The notes below the pieces were generated by a model that was given only the letters and a program-made list of their open reading frames with translations, did no database searches and was not told the DNA's origin. From assembly GCA_965208575.1 (NCBI GenBank), contig CBDBOV010000004.1:608001-672000 (forward strand): a DNA stretch of 64,000 bases, in the 5' to 3' direction. Source of the DNA: Spirochaetia bacterium. Lineage in GTDB: Bacteria > Spirochaetota > Spirochaetia > SZUA-6 > Bin103. A program made the position numbers and the translations under genes. Below, one piece after another: positions 1 through 9,622 of the stretch; position 1 is the stretch's first letter; the number at the start of each line of letters is the position of its first letter.

Positions 1-1119
1 GGCATCGTTCATTGTTTCGAGGTCCAGGGCCATCTGCATCGCCTGGCGCACCCTGATGTCGTCAAAGGGCGGCTTGTTGGTGTTCATGGCAAAGCTGGCA
101 TTCGACCGTTCTGACCACGTGTGGAAAACGAGCTCGGGGTTGGTCTCCCTGAGGCGATCCGCCGTCTCTATCTCGTTCAATTGGGTGGCGCCCGGCCAAC
201 CTATGAAATCGATCTTAGCAGTGCGCAGCCCGGCCAGAAAGGTGGCCTCTTCAGGGATAACAAGACCCACTACCTCGTCAATATAGGGCAGGCGGTTCTC
301 CGGGTATTTTTCGTCGAAGCCCCAGTAGTTGGGATTCTTGGTCCAGGTTATGGAGCTGCCCTTGGTAAAGTCAGTTATCGTATAGGGCCCGGTGCCGACA
401 ATATTCCTCCAATCCTGCATGTCCCCGTATTGCTCGATTACCTCGGGCGGCTGTATAACAGCATTCCAGTCGTCCAAAATAAGATTCAGCGCGCGGAGCT
501 TCGGCTCCTTCAGCTTCATCACAACCGTATACTTGTCGGTGGCCTCTACCGATTCGAACGGAAAAGCTTTGAGGGTACCCGATGGGGAAGGGTCGGCTTC
601 ACTGAACTGGGTCCCGGTCAATTTATTTCCCAACAGGCGGTGAAAGCTATGTTCGACATCGTCGGCCGTCAGCTCGCGCCCGTTCATCGGCGCTTTGTCG
701 TGCCAGTGAACCCCCTGGCGGATGTGGAAGATGTAGGTAGTGGCGTCGGGCTGTTCCCAGCTTTCAGCCAGCGCCCCCCTCAGGGCGTAGAGCGGCGCGA
801 CATAGCCGGTGAGAAAGGGATATGTGTCCCTATCTATTGCCCAATCCGCCATGGCCAGTTTCTCTACAACGCCACTGGTCATGCCTAACGCTCGGAAGCC
901 AAACCAGACATCGCCAGGCTCGAGGTTGAATTTGATGGCGTGGGTCAAAGTCCCGCCATACTCTGGCGCGCTCACCACGTTGCCGGTGGTCGGGTCGGTC
1001 ACCATCGGCTTGTCGGCAGCCGCAGCCGCTTCCTCGCCGGCGGGCGCCGCCCACGCGGCGGTTGCGGCCAAGACGAACCCGATCAGTGCCGCAACCCATA
1101 GTCTACAATTTCGTATCAT
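1..1119 (-). CDS. ABC transporter substrate-binding protein, family 5 (DppA/OppA-like), runs off window start
   Basis: Read manually. ATG at 1119 with GGAGG RBS gives MIRNCRLWVAALIGFVLAATAAWAAPAGEEAAAAADKPMVTDPTTGNVVSAPEYGGT..., later LAESWEQPD, WHDKAPMNGRELTADDV, VGTGPY and PFDDIRVRQAMQMA. Paralog of 17804..19612. Confidence 0.9.
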   Translation of the reverse strand, partial: MIRNCRLWVAALIGFVLAATAAWAAPAGEEAAAAADKPMVTDPTTGNVVSAPEYGGTLTHAIKFNLEPGDVWFGFRALGMTSGVVEKLAMADWAIDRDTYPFLTGYVAPLYALRGALAESWEQPDATTYIFHIRQGVHWHDKAPMNGRELTADDVEHSFHRLLGNKLTGTQFSEADPSPSGTLKAFPFESVEATDKYTVVMKLKEPKLRALNLILDDWNAVIQPPEVIEQYGDMQDWRNIVGTGPYTITDFTKGSSITWTKNPNYWGFDEKYPENRLPYIDEVVGLVIPEEATFLAGLRTAKIDFIGWPGATQLNEIETADRLRETNPELVFHTWSERSNASFAMNTNKPPFDDIRVRQAMQMALDLETMNDA

Positions 1120-1614
1120 GAGGTTTCCTCCAACCTTCGTTTCTTCGAGAGTGCTGAATTCAGTTGCCGGCCCGCGCCGACTCTCGCGGTATGCCTGCGA
1201 TTCGCAGGGACCGAACAGCGCGGGCGGCACCCTCGACCACGAGCAGTGCCTGGGGTGCCGGCGGGTGGACTGCGGGCGAGCGGCCCGTTGCCGGGAGTTC
1301 CCGCCTGGTGAGGTGACCGGCCGACGACGAATCGGCCGCGAGGCAGCGCCGCGGTCAGCGGACCGCGCAGGCTGCGCAGAAGGTAGCGGTCGCGACCGGC
1401 TAACTCGTTAGTGTTTCTGAGGTTGTATGGAAATGGGCCCCGGTGGGGGGGCAGAGGGCGTCGAGCAGCGGAACGGCGGTAGAGCGCACCGGTTGCGCTA
1501 TCTGCAACCGGCGGCGGCGCTGGGTACTGTCGTCACGCGTCATTCGCATCCGTTCCACCCGCAGCCCGCAGCCATCATTGCACACGCACGGCACACCGTC
1601 AAATGGCCGCGGGG
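990..1614. repeat. ~620-bp direct repeat, copy 1: SBP signal-peptide region, long leader and promoter (copy 2 at ~19484..20105)
   Basis: Near-identical sequence at both loci with only scattered substitutions and small indels. Confidence 0.95.
1574..1602 (-). promoter_or_regulatory. Putative sigma70 promoter for the SBP gene (TTGACG-17-AATGAT)
   Basis: Both hexamers and the 17-nt spacing are conserved in the second repeat copy (20063..20091). Homology between the copies ends just upstream of the -35. Confidence 0.5.
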
Positions 1615-1653
1615 CGCCGGCACTGCGTGCGTACACTTTCCCATGACCGAGGT

Positions 1654-1694
1654 TTGACGACGGCCACAACTGTCACTACACTGCCGTAGTTACA
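1654..1694 (+). promoter_or_regulatory. sigma70 promoter (TTGACG-17-TACACT) with overlapping inverted-repeat operator of the brnTA locus
   Basis: TTGACG at 1654-1659 and TACACT at 1677-1682. The imperfect palindrome TGTCACTAC-N6-GTAGTTACA overlaps the -10. Confidence 0.65.
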
Positions 1695-1745
1695 TGGAGG
1701 GTACCGAGGCAGGAAAGGAGGGCGTATGAAGAAGGCAACCAGTGA
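1694..1745 (+). pseudogene. Internally deleted BrnT toxin remnant
   Basis: ATG GAG start is joined directly to sequence encoding ...RQERRAYEEGNQ*, a typical BrnT C-terminus that overlaps the antitoxin start. Confidence 0.6.
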
Positions 1746-2019
1746 CCGGTTGACCGGGGATCAGAAGGCGGAAATCATGGCTTTGGAGGATTCTCCGGAC
1801 GAGCAGATCGATACGACCGACATTCCTGAAGTCCTCGACTGGTCGGAGGCGAAACGAGGCGTGTTCTTCCGTCCCATGAAGCAGCAGATCACACTCCGGT
1901 TGGATGCAGATGTGGTGGCCTGGTTCAAGCAGCGGTCTCGCGGTGGCCGTGGTTATCAAACCGACATCAACCGTGCACTGCGAGAGCATGTCCAACGAAT
2001 CGAAGGCAGTACCAAGTAG
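1726..2019 (+). CDS. BrnA-family antitoxin (DUF4415)
   Basis: IDTTDIPE...FFRPMKQQITLRLDADVVAWFK...GYQTDINRALRE motif. Confidence 0.9.
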   Translation: MKKATSDRLTGDQKAEIMALEDSPDEQIDTTDIPEVLDWSEAKRGVFFRPMKQQITLRLDADVVAWFKQRSRGGRGYQTDINRALREHVQRIEGSTK

Positions 2020-2034
2020 TCTCCGAGCGAATAG

Positions 2035-3816
2035 ATGCGGCGCCCCACCCCAAACAACAGCGCGCCAAGCGGCCGCGACGCCGACGCCGACTTCATCGTC
2101 GTCGGTGCCGGTGCGGCCGGTGGCGTGATGGCGGCACGGCTCTCCGAGGGCCGCGCGAAGCGAGTGCTGCTGCTCAAGGCAGGACACGACTACGACAGGG
2201 CCGGAAGCAACGAAGGTCTCCCGGACACGATTCGCTACGGCTACGGGAATCGGGACAACGGTGGCCCGGCAGAGGTCCGAGGGCATCACTGGTATCCAGA
2301 TTCCGACAACCCCCTATCCAAAGACGAGGCGTTCGCGCTGCGGGGCGGCCTCTACGGCTACACGCGCGCGGGCGATGGACGGCGCGCCGTCGACCTGCCG
2401 CGCGGGCGTGTGGTCGGGGGGACGACCTCGGTAAACAGCCAGATGTGGGTCCGTGGCACGACCGAGGACTTCGAGCACTGGAGCGGGACGCTCGGCTGCG
2501 CGACATGGTCGTTCGAAAACGTGCTGCCGTTCTTCAACGCCGTCGAGTCGGACGTCGACTATGGGGCCGAAGACTTCCACGGAGACCGCGGCCCGGTCCC
2601 TGTCCGGCGCCACCTGCGCTCGGAGTGGCGGGCGGCCGACGTCGCCTGGCACGACGCCTGCGTGGCGGCCGGATTCGACAGCTGCGCGGACGTCAACGAG
2701 CCCGGGACTGCGGGCGGTGTTGGGTCGCTGGCGCTGAACAACGTGAACCGCGTGCGGCAGAGCTCGGCGCTCACTTTTCTCGCCCAGGCGCGGGGCCGCC
2801 CGAACCTGGTCATCCGCGGTAATTCCGAGGTCCGGCTTGTTCTCTTCGATGACGACCGCGGCACGCCTCGGGCAGTCGGCGTGGAGCTGACGGACGGGAC
2901 GGTTCTGCGTGCCCGAACCGAGGTGATCCTGTGCGGTGGGGCGATCGGTTCGCCGCACCTGCTCCTGCGCTCCGGCGTGGGTCCCGCGGAGGAGCTCGAG
3001 GCGGCGGGGGTCGCCACGATTGTGGATCTCCCCGGTGTCGGCCGGAACCTGCGCGACCACGTGGCGCTTCCGTTGACGTTCCGAATGAAGGAAGGCATCG
3101 CCTCGAACAACGTCGACGGCTCCGCGCACCCCATGCCGATGTACCTTCGGTACACCGCAGACGCGCTCGACGGGATGGCGCCCATGAGGAACGACATGCT
3201 GTTTTTCCTGGGACCGCGGCAGAGCCAGGTGGGCGAGGTCGAGCGCTTGGCCGGGCACAACTCTTCCGGCCACCGCGTTTTCGTCATCATTCCGACCCTC
3301 ATGCTCGAGCTCAGCGCGGGCACGCTGAAGATGCCGGCCGCCTTCGCAGACGGCGCACCAGACATGGAGGCCATGCCCGTGATCGAGATGGGCTGGTTGG
3401 AGCATCCTGCCGATCGCATACGCCTTCGCGAGGGGCTGCGCCTGGCGCTGCGGCTCGCCGCCTCCACGGAGATGGCGACCGTCCTCGAAGGTCCGATCGT
3501 GCCGGCCGAGGACGAGGTGACGGCCGAGTCGTCCGACGCCGCCCTCGACGACTGGGTCGAGCGGCACGTCATTACGTCGCACCACCAGAGCAGCTCGTGT
3601 CGAATGGGCGATCCCGCCGACCCGACGGCCGTGTGCGACGAAGACGGGAACGTGCTCGGGACGAAGGGCCTGCGCGTGGTGGACGCGAGCCTGATGCCGG
3701 ATTGCCCGCGGGCAAACACGCAGGCGACGACCTACATGATGGCTGAGCGTATCGCGGGCATCGTCAACCACGGCTCGTTGGCGGCGGCGCTCCGGGCGGC
3801 GGTCGAGGGAGAGTGA
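2035..3816 (+). CDS. GMC-family oxidoreductase (choline dehydrogenase-like)
   Basis: GAGAAG FAD motif, RGRVVGGTTSVN, GAIGSPHLLLRSGVG, GVGRNLRDH, GLRVVDASLMP and ANT. Confidence 0.92.
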   Translation: MRRPTPNNSAPSGRDADADFIVVGAGAAGGVMAARLSEGRAKRVLLLKAGHDYDRAGSNEGLPDTIRYGYGNRDNGGPAEVRGHHWYPDSDNPLSKDEAFALRGGLYGYTRAGDGRRAVDLPRGRVVGGTTSVNSQMWVRGTTEDFEHWSGTLGCATWSFENVLPFFNAVESDVDYGAEDFHGDRGPVPVRRHLRSEWRAADVAWHDACVAAGFDSCADVNEPGTAGGVGSLALNNVNRVRQSSALTFLAQARGRPNLVIRGNSEVRLVLFDDDRGTPRAVGVELTDGTVLRARTEVILCGGAIGSPHLLLRSGVGPAEELEAAGVATIVDLPGVGRNLRDHVALPLTFRMKEGIASNNVDGSAHPMPMYLRYTADALDGMAPMRNDMLFFLGPRQSQVGEVERLAGHNSSGHRVFVIIPTLMLELSAGTLKMPAAFADGAPDMEAMPVIEMGWLEHPADRIRLREGLRLALRLAASTEMATVLEGPIVPAEDEVTAESSDAALDDWVERHVITSHHQSSSCRMGDPADPTAVCDEDGNVLGTKGLRVVDASLMPDCPRANTQATTYMMAERIAGIVNHGSLAAALRAAVEGE

Positions 3817-3915
3817 CCTACGCGCGCCATGGCGCGGGCCCAAGGACACAAGACGCAAGGGTCAAGATGCAGAGCACGTCTCCATCGGCATCCGGGGGCG
3901 GCTGTGCCATTTGAC

Positions 3916-3993
3916 TCACCAAACCGTATCCAGCCATCCGAGATCGCGCATCAGCTTATCCTTGGTTACCAGTGGCGCGTCGTAGGAGATGGA
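3916..3993 (-). pseudogene. C-terminal remnant of a PIN/VapC toxin
   Basis: Encodes SISYDAPLVTKDKLMRDLGWLDTVW*, matching the PIN-toxin C-terminal LVTxD...TVW pattern. No N-terminus is present. Confidence 0.5.
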
Positions 3994-4010
3994 GGTCGTG
4001 GCATCACGGG

Positions 4011-5498
4011 ATGAAGCCATCGTCCCGACACGCGGCGGAGCGCCAGCTCGTCGAGGAGATCGAGGCGCGCTCCGAAGCCTTCGAGAACCTGCAGGTACTC
4101 GCCGACGATATCGGCACGCGGCAGCCGGGCACCGCGAACGAGGTGCGGGCCCGTGACTTTCTGTGCGACACCCTGAAGCGCTATGGACTTCATCAGGTCC
4201 GGGCGGAACCGTTCCAACACCGGGCATGGACGCCGGTCCGGGAGGAGCTGACGCTCTGCGCCCCCGTGGACCGGACGATTCAGTGCCGCTGCGCCGTGCT
4301 GTCGCCGTCCACGCCCCCCGACGGTCAGGTGGGTGAGGCCGTCATCCTCGAGCGCGGCGACCCCGCCGACTTCGAGCAGCACCGGGAGCAGATCCGTGGC
4401 CGGTTCGTCGTGTCGCTTTACGACTCGACGTACGTGGACGGAGTTGCGCACAGCATCCCACGCCAAATGAAGACCGAGCTTGCGGCGCGATACGGGGCGC
4501 TGGGTTTCATCGGCTGGCACCACAGCCCCGGACAGCACCTGCCCGCGGGAACGTGCGCGTTCGGGCGCGTCGGCGGCGTACCGGTGGCATCGATCACCTA
4601 CGAAGACGGCGCATGGCTTCAGCGTGTCGCACGGCGCAGGGGGGCGCTGCGGTTTCGCCTGCTGCTGGACAGCCGGATCGAACGTAAGGACTCCTGGAAC
4701 GTCGTCGGAGAAGTGACCGCCCGGGGCGAAGGGGCGGAAGCGACCGGCAACGAGCACCTCGTCATCGGCGCGCACTACGACTGTCATCACGTTGCTTCGG
4801 GCGCCATCGACAATGCGGCGGGGGTAGCGACCGTGCTCGAGGCCGCGCGGGGGCTGAGCACGTTCGCATCGCATCTTCGACGCGACGTCAAGATCGTCCT
4901 GTTCGGCGTGGAGGAGGCCGGTCTCGTCGGCTCCATGGCCTATGTGCATCGCCACGAGCGGGAGCTGGGCGACCTCGTGCTGATGATCAACAACGACTGT
5001 CTCGGAGGTCGACCGTCCGGCATCGAAATACAGGGTCGCGACGAACTTCGCGGAACCATGGAGCAGGTCGCGGAGAGCGTCCGGATCGGTGGCGAACCTC
5101 CGCCTCCTTTCCGCGTCACGACCGCCCATCCCGGCTGGTGGGGCCTGGACAGCACACCGTTCGGATTCAAGGGCGTCCCGACGGTCCACCTGACGTCGAC
5201 CGAGGCGAAGACCGGGGACTTCGCTTCCTATCACCTCGACACCGATCACATCGACAAGGTGTGCATCCCGGGCCTCACGGAGGCGGCGGCGGTCAACGCG
5301 CGGATCGCCCTCCACGTCGCCAACCTGACCGAGCGCCCGGCGGCTCGCATCGACCGATCGCACGTAGAAGAGATCCTTCACCGATACGACCGGGAGCCGC
5401 CGTTCTACACGATCATCTCGTTGCGCGAATCCCTCGAACTGCTGGATCTCTGGCCGATCGATCATGCGATCGAACGCTACTTTTCCCGCGAAGACTGA
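4011..5498 (+). CDS. M28-family metallopeptidase with PA domain
   Basis: GAHYD, GAIDNAAG, EEAGLVGS, NND and YHLDTD zinc-ligand motifs. Confidence 0.9.
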   Translation: MKPSSRHAAERQLVEEIEARSEAFENLQVLADDIGTRQPGTANEVRARDFLCDTLKRYGLHQVRAEPFQHRAWTPVREELTLCAPVDRTIQCRCAVLSPSTPPDGQVGEAVILERGDPADFEQHREQIRGRFVVSLYDSTYVDGVAHSIPRQMKTELAARYGALGFIGWHHSPGQHLPAGTCAFGRVGGVPVASITYEDGAWLQRVARRRGALRFRLLLDSRIERKDSWNVVGEVTARGEGAEATGNEHLVIGAHYDCHHVASGAIDNAAGVATVLEAARGLSTFASHLRRDVKIVLFGVEEAGLVGSMAYVHRHERELGDLVLMINNDCLGGRPSGIEIQGRDELRGTMEQVAESVRIGGEPPPPFRVTTAHPGWWGLDSTPFGFKGVPTVHLTSTEAKTGDFASYHLDTDHIDKVCIPGLTEAAAVNARIALHVANLTERPAARIDRSHVEEILHRYDREPPFYTIISLRESLELLDLWPIDHAIERYFSRED

Positions 5499-5506
5499 CT
5501 GGACGA
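4414..5506 (+). repeat. ~1.09-kb direct repeat, copy 1 (copy 2 at 14663..15755)
   Basis: Sequence from CGCTTTACGACTCG to just past the stop codon is nearly identical at both loci. Confidence 0.97.
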
Positions 5507-5835
5507 CTGGGGTTCAACCCGAGTCAGCCCCCTTATCCGCTGCATTCTCGCCACACGCGCCTGCGACAGCCCTCGTTACACCTGCCACAGCCACCCGCTC
5601 GCTCGCCCTCGTGCTGATCAGTCACGACCCCCGCTGCACCTCGCGGGTGCTTTTGCGCTCGTTCGGTTCTCGATTACTCTTCCACTATCACTTGGCGAAG
5701 CGGCGTGACCGGGGAGTTCCCGGGGCTGCTTCATCGCCCCGCGATGCTCAGCCATTGACCTCGTCCGTCACTTCCTCGCTCAGGTCAATCTGAGACGGAA
5801 CAACACGCTGATCCAAAAGCACGGCAGCTCCATCC

Positions 5836-6907
5836 CAGTTCCGCGATCTGCTCGACAGCCATGACTATGAACCGCTGCTCGGCTGCTTCGGCGACTGGAT
5901 AGGGCGCATGCAGGACGCCAAATGGCTGCAGCACTATCAGTTCCTCGACGGTCGCTACCTCGTCACCATGGACGGCTCCCAGTACTTCAGCTCGTACAAG
6001 GTGAACTGTGAGTGCTGTCTGACCGCCACCAACAACGGCACCGTACGCTACCACCACGACATCCTGCAGACCGCCATCGTCCACCCCGACAAGCGGCAGG
6101 TGCTGCCGTTGGCTCCCGTGTTCATTCACAACGCCGATGACTCTGGCGCCAAGAGCGCCAAACGCCGCAAGCAGGACTGTGAACCAAAAGCCGGCTACCG
6201 TGCCGTGCAGCGCATCCGTAACGACCATCCCCGGCTGGCTGCGGTGATCGTCGCCGATAGCCTGTATTCCAAGCAACCGTTCATCAAACAGGTGCGCGCC
6301 GCCCGCTTCTCGTTTCTGCTGGTGGCCAAGCCGGAGGATCACATCAGCCTGTACCAGGATATCGACGGGCTGCGCCGCGGTCGGCTGCTGGACCACCGCT
6401 GCACCATCGACGCGACCGGGGACCGGCATGAATACGAGTGGGTTCCCGGGGTGCCGCTGAACGGCAAACCCCCGCAGTCCCCAGATCAACTTCGTGCACT
6501 ACCGCATCGTACGGGCCGGCACGACCACCTATCAAAACGCCTGGGTGACCGACTTGGTACCCACCGCTGGCAGCGTCGCGCGGATCGTGCGTGCGGGACG
6601 AGCACGCCGGAAGATCGAGAACGAGAGGTTCAATACGCTGAAGAACCAGGGCTATCACCTGGAGCACAACTTCGGCCATGGTGACAAGTACCTGTCGGAG
6701 GCGTTCTTCCTACTCAACCTGCTCGCCTATTTCATGCACCAGATATTCGAGCTGGTGGACGGTCTGTATCAGCAGGTGCGGGCTGGGTTCGGGTCGCGCC
6801 GGGAGTTCTGGGGCGCGGTGCGTGCCACGTTTCGGCTATTCCTGATCCCGTCGTGGGACCAGGTGCTGGTGCGGATGAACTCTCCGCCGCAGCCGCTGTC
6901 CGGGTAG
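5836..6907 (+). pseudogene. DDE transposase remnant (ISNCY/IS4-like), 5'-truncated and frameshifted near 6470-6495
   Basis: DGSQYFSSYKVNCECC, KQDCE and ADSLYS in one frame; RARRKIENERFNTLKNQGYHLEHNFGHG in another. Confidence 0.85.
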
Positions 6908-7397
6908 CCGCTCCCTGGAGAACTGAACCTGCTCCCTGAACGATCCCTGACTGGGGCTGCGGCGCAGGTGTGCCGGCGGCGCGCGGGCAACCGGCCCCGA
7001 AGGGCCGATCGCGGCACCGCGCCAGCCCACGGCATCGGCCGAGCGGCGGTGGCTGACGGTGGTCAGGTCATCGCACGGGGCTGGCTTGACGGTGGCTAAA
7101 TACATCACCTGCAATCAGTTACAGAATTTCTGCCGGGTCGGGCCGTGCGTGCATTCACTCGGTGGGCCAACAGGTGGGCATGGTCGCGTTTCACACTCGG
7201 AGGGCTTGAGCTTATGAGGGGGCTTGCGGTCTCGCCCTCGAAACTTTTCTGTAACCTTTCGGCCCCCAATGTTGCATTACTATTTATGATGCTCTGCTGC
7301 TCCCCGAGAATTGCTGGTTGCAGAACACACCAGTTGACAGCTTTGGCGCTTTCACCTAAGGTCGGAGCGTTCTGGTGGGGGGCCGAGATGAGGGCAG

Positions 7398-7600
7398 AGA
7401 TGGGTATTGACAGATCGACAGCTTCGGCCCATGGTTCACCCATGTTGAGAGTTGATGCGGGGGGAGTGGAATCTGCTAGGGCGCGCTCGTCCGATCCCGC
7501 AGGCTCTGTCGGGGCCAACTTGCCAGATGGGTATTGACAGATTCAGATCGGATATAGTTCTTCCTATCATTCAGATCGGATATAGTTCTTCCTATCATTC
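7398..7600. repeat. 18-bp direct repeat AGATGGGTATTGACAGAT (7398, 7525) followed by a perfect 28-bp tandem duplication (7541..7596)
   Basis: ATTCAGATCGGATATAGTTCTTCCTATC occurs twice in tandem. Both 18-mers contain TTGACA. Confidence 0.9.
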
Positions 7601-7612
7601 GTCCGTACCTCG

Positions 7613-7715
7613 AACGGCCGACGACGTCGGCCGCCACGAAGCCGTGCGTCCAACAGCCGACCCCGTCGGCTGCCACGCGTCCGCGCGTCCAACGGCCGAC
7701 GATGTCGGCCGTAAC
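7613..7715 (+). repeat. Three palindromic units with 39-bp period in the SBP 5' region
   Basis: AACGGCCGAC-GAC-GTCGGCCG at 7613, AACAGCCGAC-CCC-GTCGGCTG at 7652, AACGGCCGAC-GAT-GTCGGCCG at 7691. Confidence 0.9.
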
Positions 7716-7800
7716 CTCCACCAGTCCACTGAGGCCGGCGTTGCCGGCCAAGCAAAACAAACGGGCAACGGTACAGCCGACCCGACAGAGGAGGACCATT

Positions 7801-9579
7801 ATGGTCCGATTCATTTCAATTACACTGGCGTTCGCGCTGGTGGCGACCGCTGCGTTTGCCGGAGGGGGCAGCGACAGCGACAGCTCGGCTGCGGCCGAGA
7901 AGGAAATGGTGCGCGATCCATCCACCGGCGAGATGGTGACCGCGCCCGAGTATGGCGGCACGATCCGACCGATCGTCAACTTCAAGAACGAGGGCATCGA
8001 TCCCTATTACAGCTACACTTCCGGATTCTGGGTTTCGCTGACCAACGAGAAACTGGGGGGAGTGGACTGGGCAGTCGACCGGAGCGTGGTCGGCTTCGAC
8101 ACGCTGTACCTGCCCAACGTGGTCGTCACCGGGCTGCTGGCCGAGAGCTGGGAGAACCCGGATCCGCTCACCTACGTGTTCAAGATCCGCGACGGCGTGT
8201 TCTGGCACGACAAGGCGCCGGTGAACGGTCGCCAGCTTACGGCGCACGATGTCAAGTTCCACTACGAGCGGATCGTGGGACTCAGCGGTGAGAAGAGCGC
8301 GGAAAGCTCCGGAGAGCTGTACGACGAGCTGTCGGTCGCGTCGATCACGGCTCCCGACGATTTCACCCTGGTAGTCAAACTGAACAAGCCCGATCTCCGA
8401 GCCCAGAATGCCCTTCTCTTGGACTTCGGTGCGTGGATAGTGCCGCCCGAGGTGGTCGAGCAATTCGGGGACATTCAAGACTGGCGCAACGTGGTCGGAA
8501 CGGGTCCCTATCAGCTGACCGACGTGGTGGAGGGCAGCTCGTGGACCTACACCAAGAACGATAACTACTGGCGCAACGACCCGAAATTCCCCGACAACCG
8601 GTTGCCCTACGCGGACAAGGTCGAGTACATCATCGTCAACGACCCCGCGGCCATCACCTCACTGATGCGCTCGGGGCAGGCGGACTATATGGGGTTCCCT
8701 CTCAACTCGCATCTGACCAGTGTCGATGCGGCGGTGAGTCTGCAGAAGACCAGTCCCAACCTGGTGCTCCACCCGTTTTCCTTTCGCTCGGAAACGGCGT
8801 TCAGTTTCAACAACCAAAAGCCGCCCTGGAACGACATCCGGGTGCGCCGGGCCCTCAGCATGGCCATAGACCAGGAGTCCATCGCCGAGAACTACATGCA
8901 GGGTTGGGGCGATGCAAGCCCGCACGGTCCCACTGGCGCCAAGGTGCTCGGGTACGCCGTCCCGTTCGACGAGTGGCCCCAGGAGACCAAGCAGTACTAT
9001 CGGTTCGACCCCGAGGCGGCCGAGAAGCTGCTGGAGGAGGCCGGCTATCCGCGGGGCGAGGACGGCATTCGCTTCAGCACCGTCTATGAGCACTTCGAAT
9101 TCTACGACCTCGGCTACTACCAGATCGCCATGGATTACCTCAGGCAGATCGGCATCGACGTCGAGATCCAGGTAAGAACTCGCGCGGAGTTGGGCGCATT
9201 AGTTACGAACCGCACCTACCTCGGTCTGCTCTCGAATGTATGGGCCGCCGAGTATCCCGATGGCATCGCCCCGCTTGCCCAATACTCGTCTAAAAACCTA
9301 AACCATTTGAACATCCAGGACCCCGTATTCGAAGAGTACTACGAGAACGCGACGGCCGCTACCACGATAGAGGAGCAGCAGGAGTGGGCGCGGAAGGCCA
9401 ACCTGCGTTTGGCCGAGCAGCTGGTGGTGATCAGGGGCCCCATAGCGCCCCTGTTCGGTGCGACCCAACCATGGTTAAAGGGCTACAACGGAGAAGGCGA
9501 GCTCGGCCGCATGAACCGTGCTGGCATCTTCCAGTACCTCTGGATCGACCAGGACCTGAAGCGGGAGCTTGGATTCTGA
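7801..9579 (+). CDS. ABC transporter substrate-binding protein, family 5 (orphan, no adjacent permease)
   Basis: GAGGAGG RBS and signal peptide, then MVRDPSTGEMVTAPEYGGT, LAESWE, VGTGPY and DIRVRRALSMAID. Confidence 0.93.
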   Translation: MVRFISITLAFALVATAAFAGGGSDSDSSAAAEKEMVRDPSTGEMVTAPEYGGTIRPIVNFKNEGIDPYYSYTSGFWVSLTNEKLGGVDWAVDRSVVGFDTLYLPNVVVTGLLAESWENPDPLTYVFKIRDGVFWHDKAPVNGRQLTAHDVKFHYERIVGLSGEKSAESSGELYDELSVASITAPDDFTLVVKLNKPDLRAQNALLLDFGAWIVPPEVVEQFGDIQDWRNVVGTGPYQLTDVVEGSSWTYTKNDNYWRNDPKFPDNRLPYADKVEYIIVNDPAAITSLMRSGQADYMGFPLNSHLTSVDAAVSLQKTSPNLVLHPFSFRSETAFSFNNQKPPWNDIRVRRALSMAIDQESIAENYMQGWGDASPHGPTGAKVLGYAVPFDEWPQETKQYYRFDPEAAEKLLEEAGYPRGEDGIRFSTVYEHFEFYDLGYYQIAMDYLRQIGIDVEIQVRTRAELGALVTNRTYLGLLSNVWAAEYPDGIAPLAQYSSKNLNHLNIQDPVFEEYYENATAATTIEEQQEWARKANLRLAEQLVVIRGPIAPLFGATQPWLKGYNGEGELGRMNRAGIFQYLWIDQDLKRELGF

Positions 9580-9580
9580 A

Positions 9581-9603
9581 TCAATCGCCCGTAGGGCGAT
9601 TGA
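9581..9603 (+). terminator. Stem-loop immediately after the SBP stop codon
   Basis: TCAATCGCCC-GTA-GGGCGATTGA perfect 10-bp stem; no clear U-tract. Confidence 0.55.
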
Positions 9604-9622
9604 AACGGGAGTCGCTGCGCGA

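Noticed and set aside
1398-1430. Integron attC-like site (GCTAAC...GTTAG) and a cassette-array reading of the TA-rich region
   Set aside because: The boxes are only 2 nt apart with no L boxes, there is no intI gene, and the genes are not co-oriented.
7613-7715. Mini CRISPR array
   Set aside because: The period is only 39 bp, the inter-palindrome segments are short and similar to each other, and there are no cas genes in the window.
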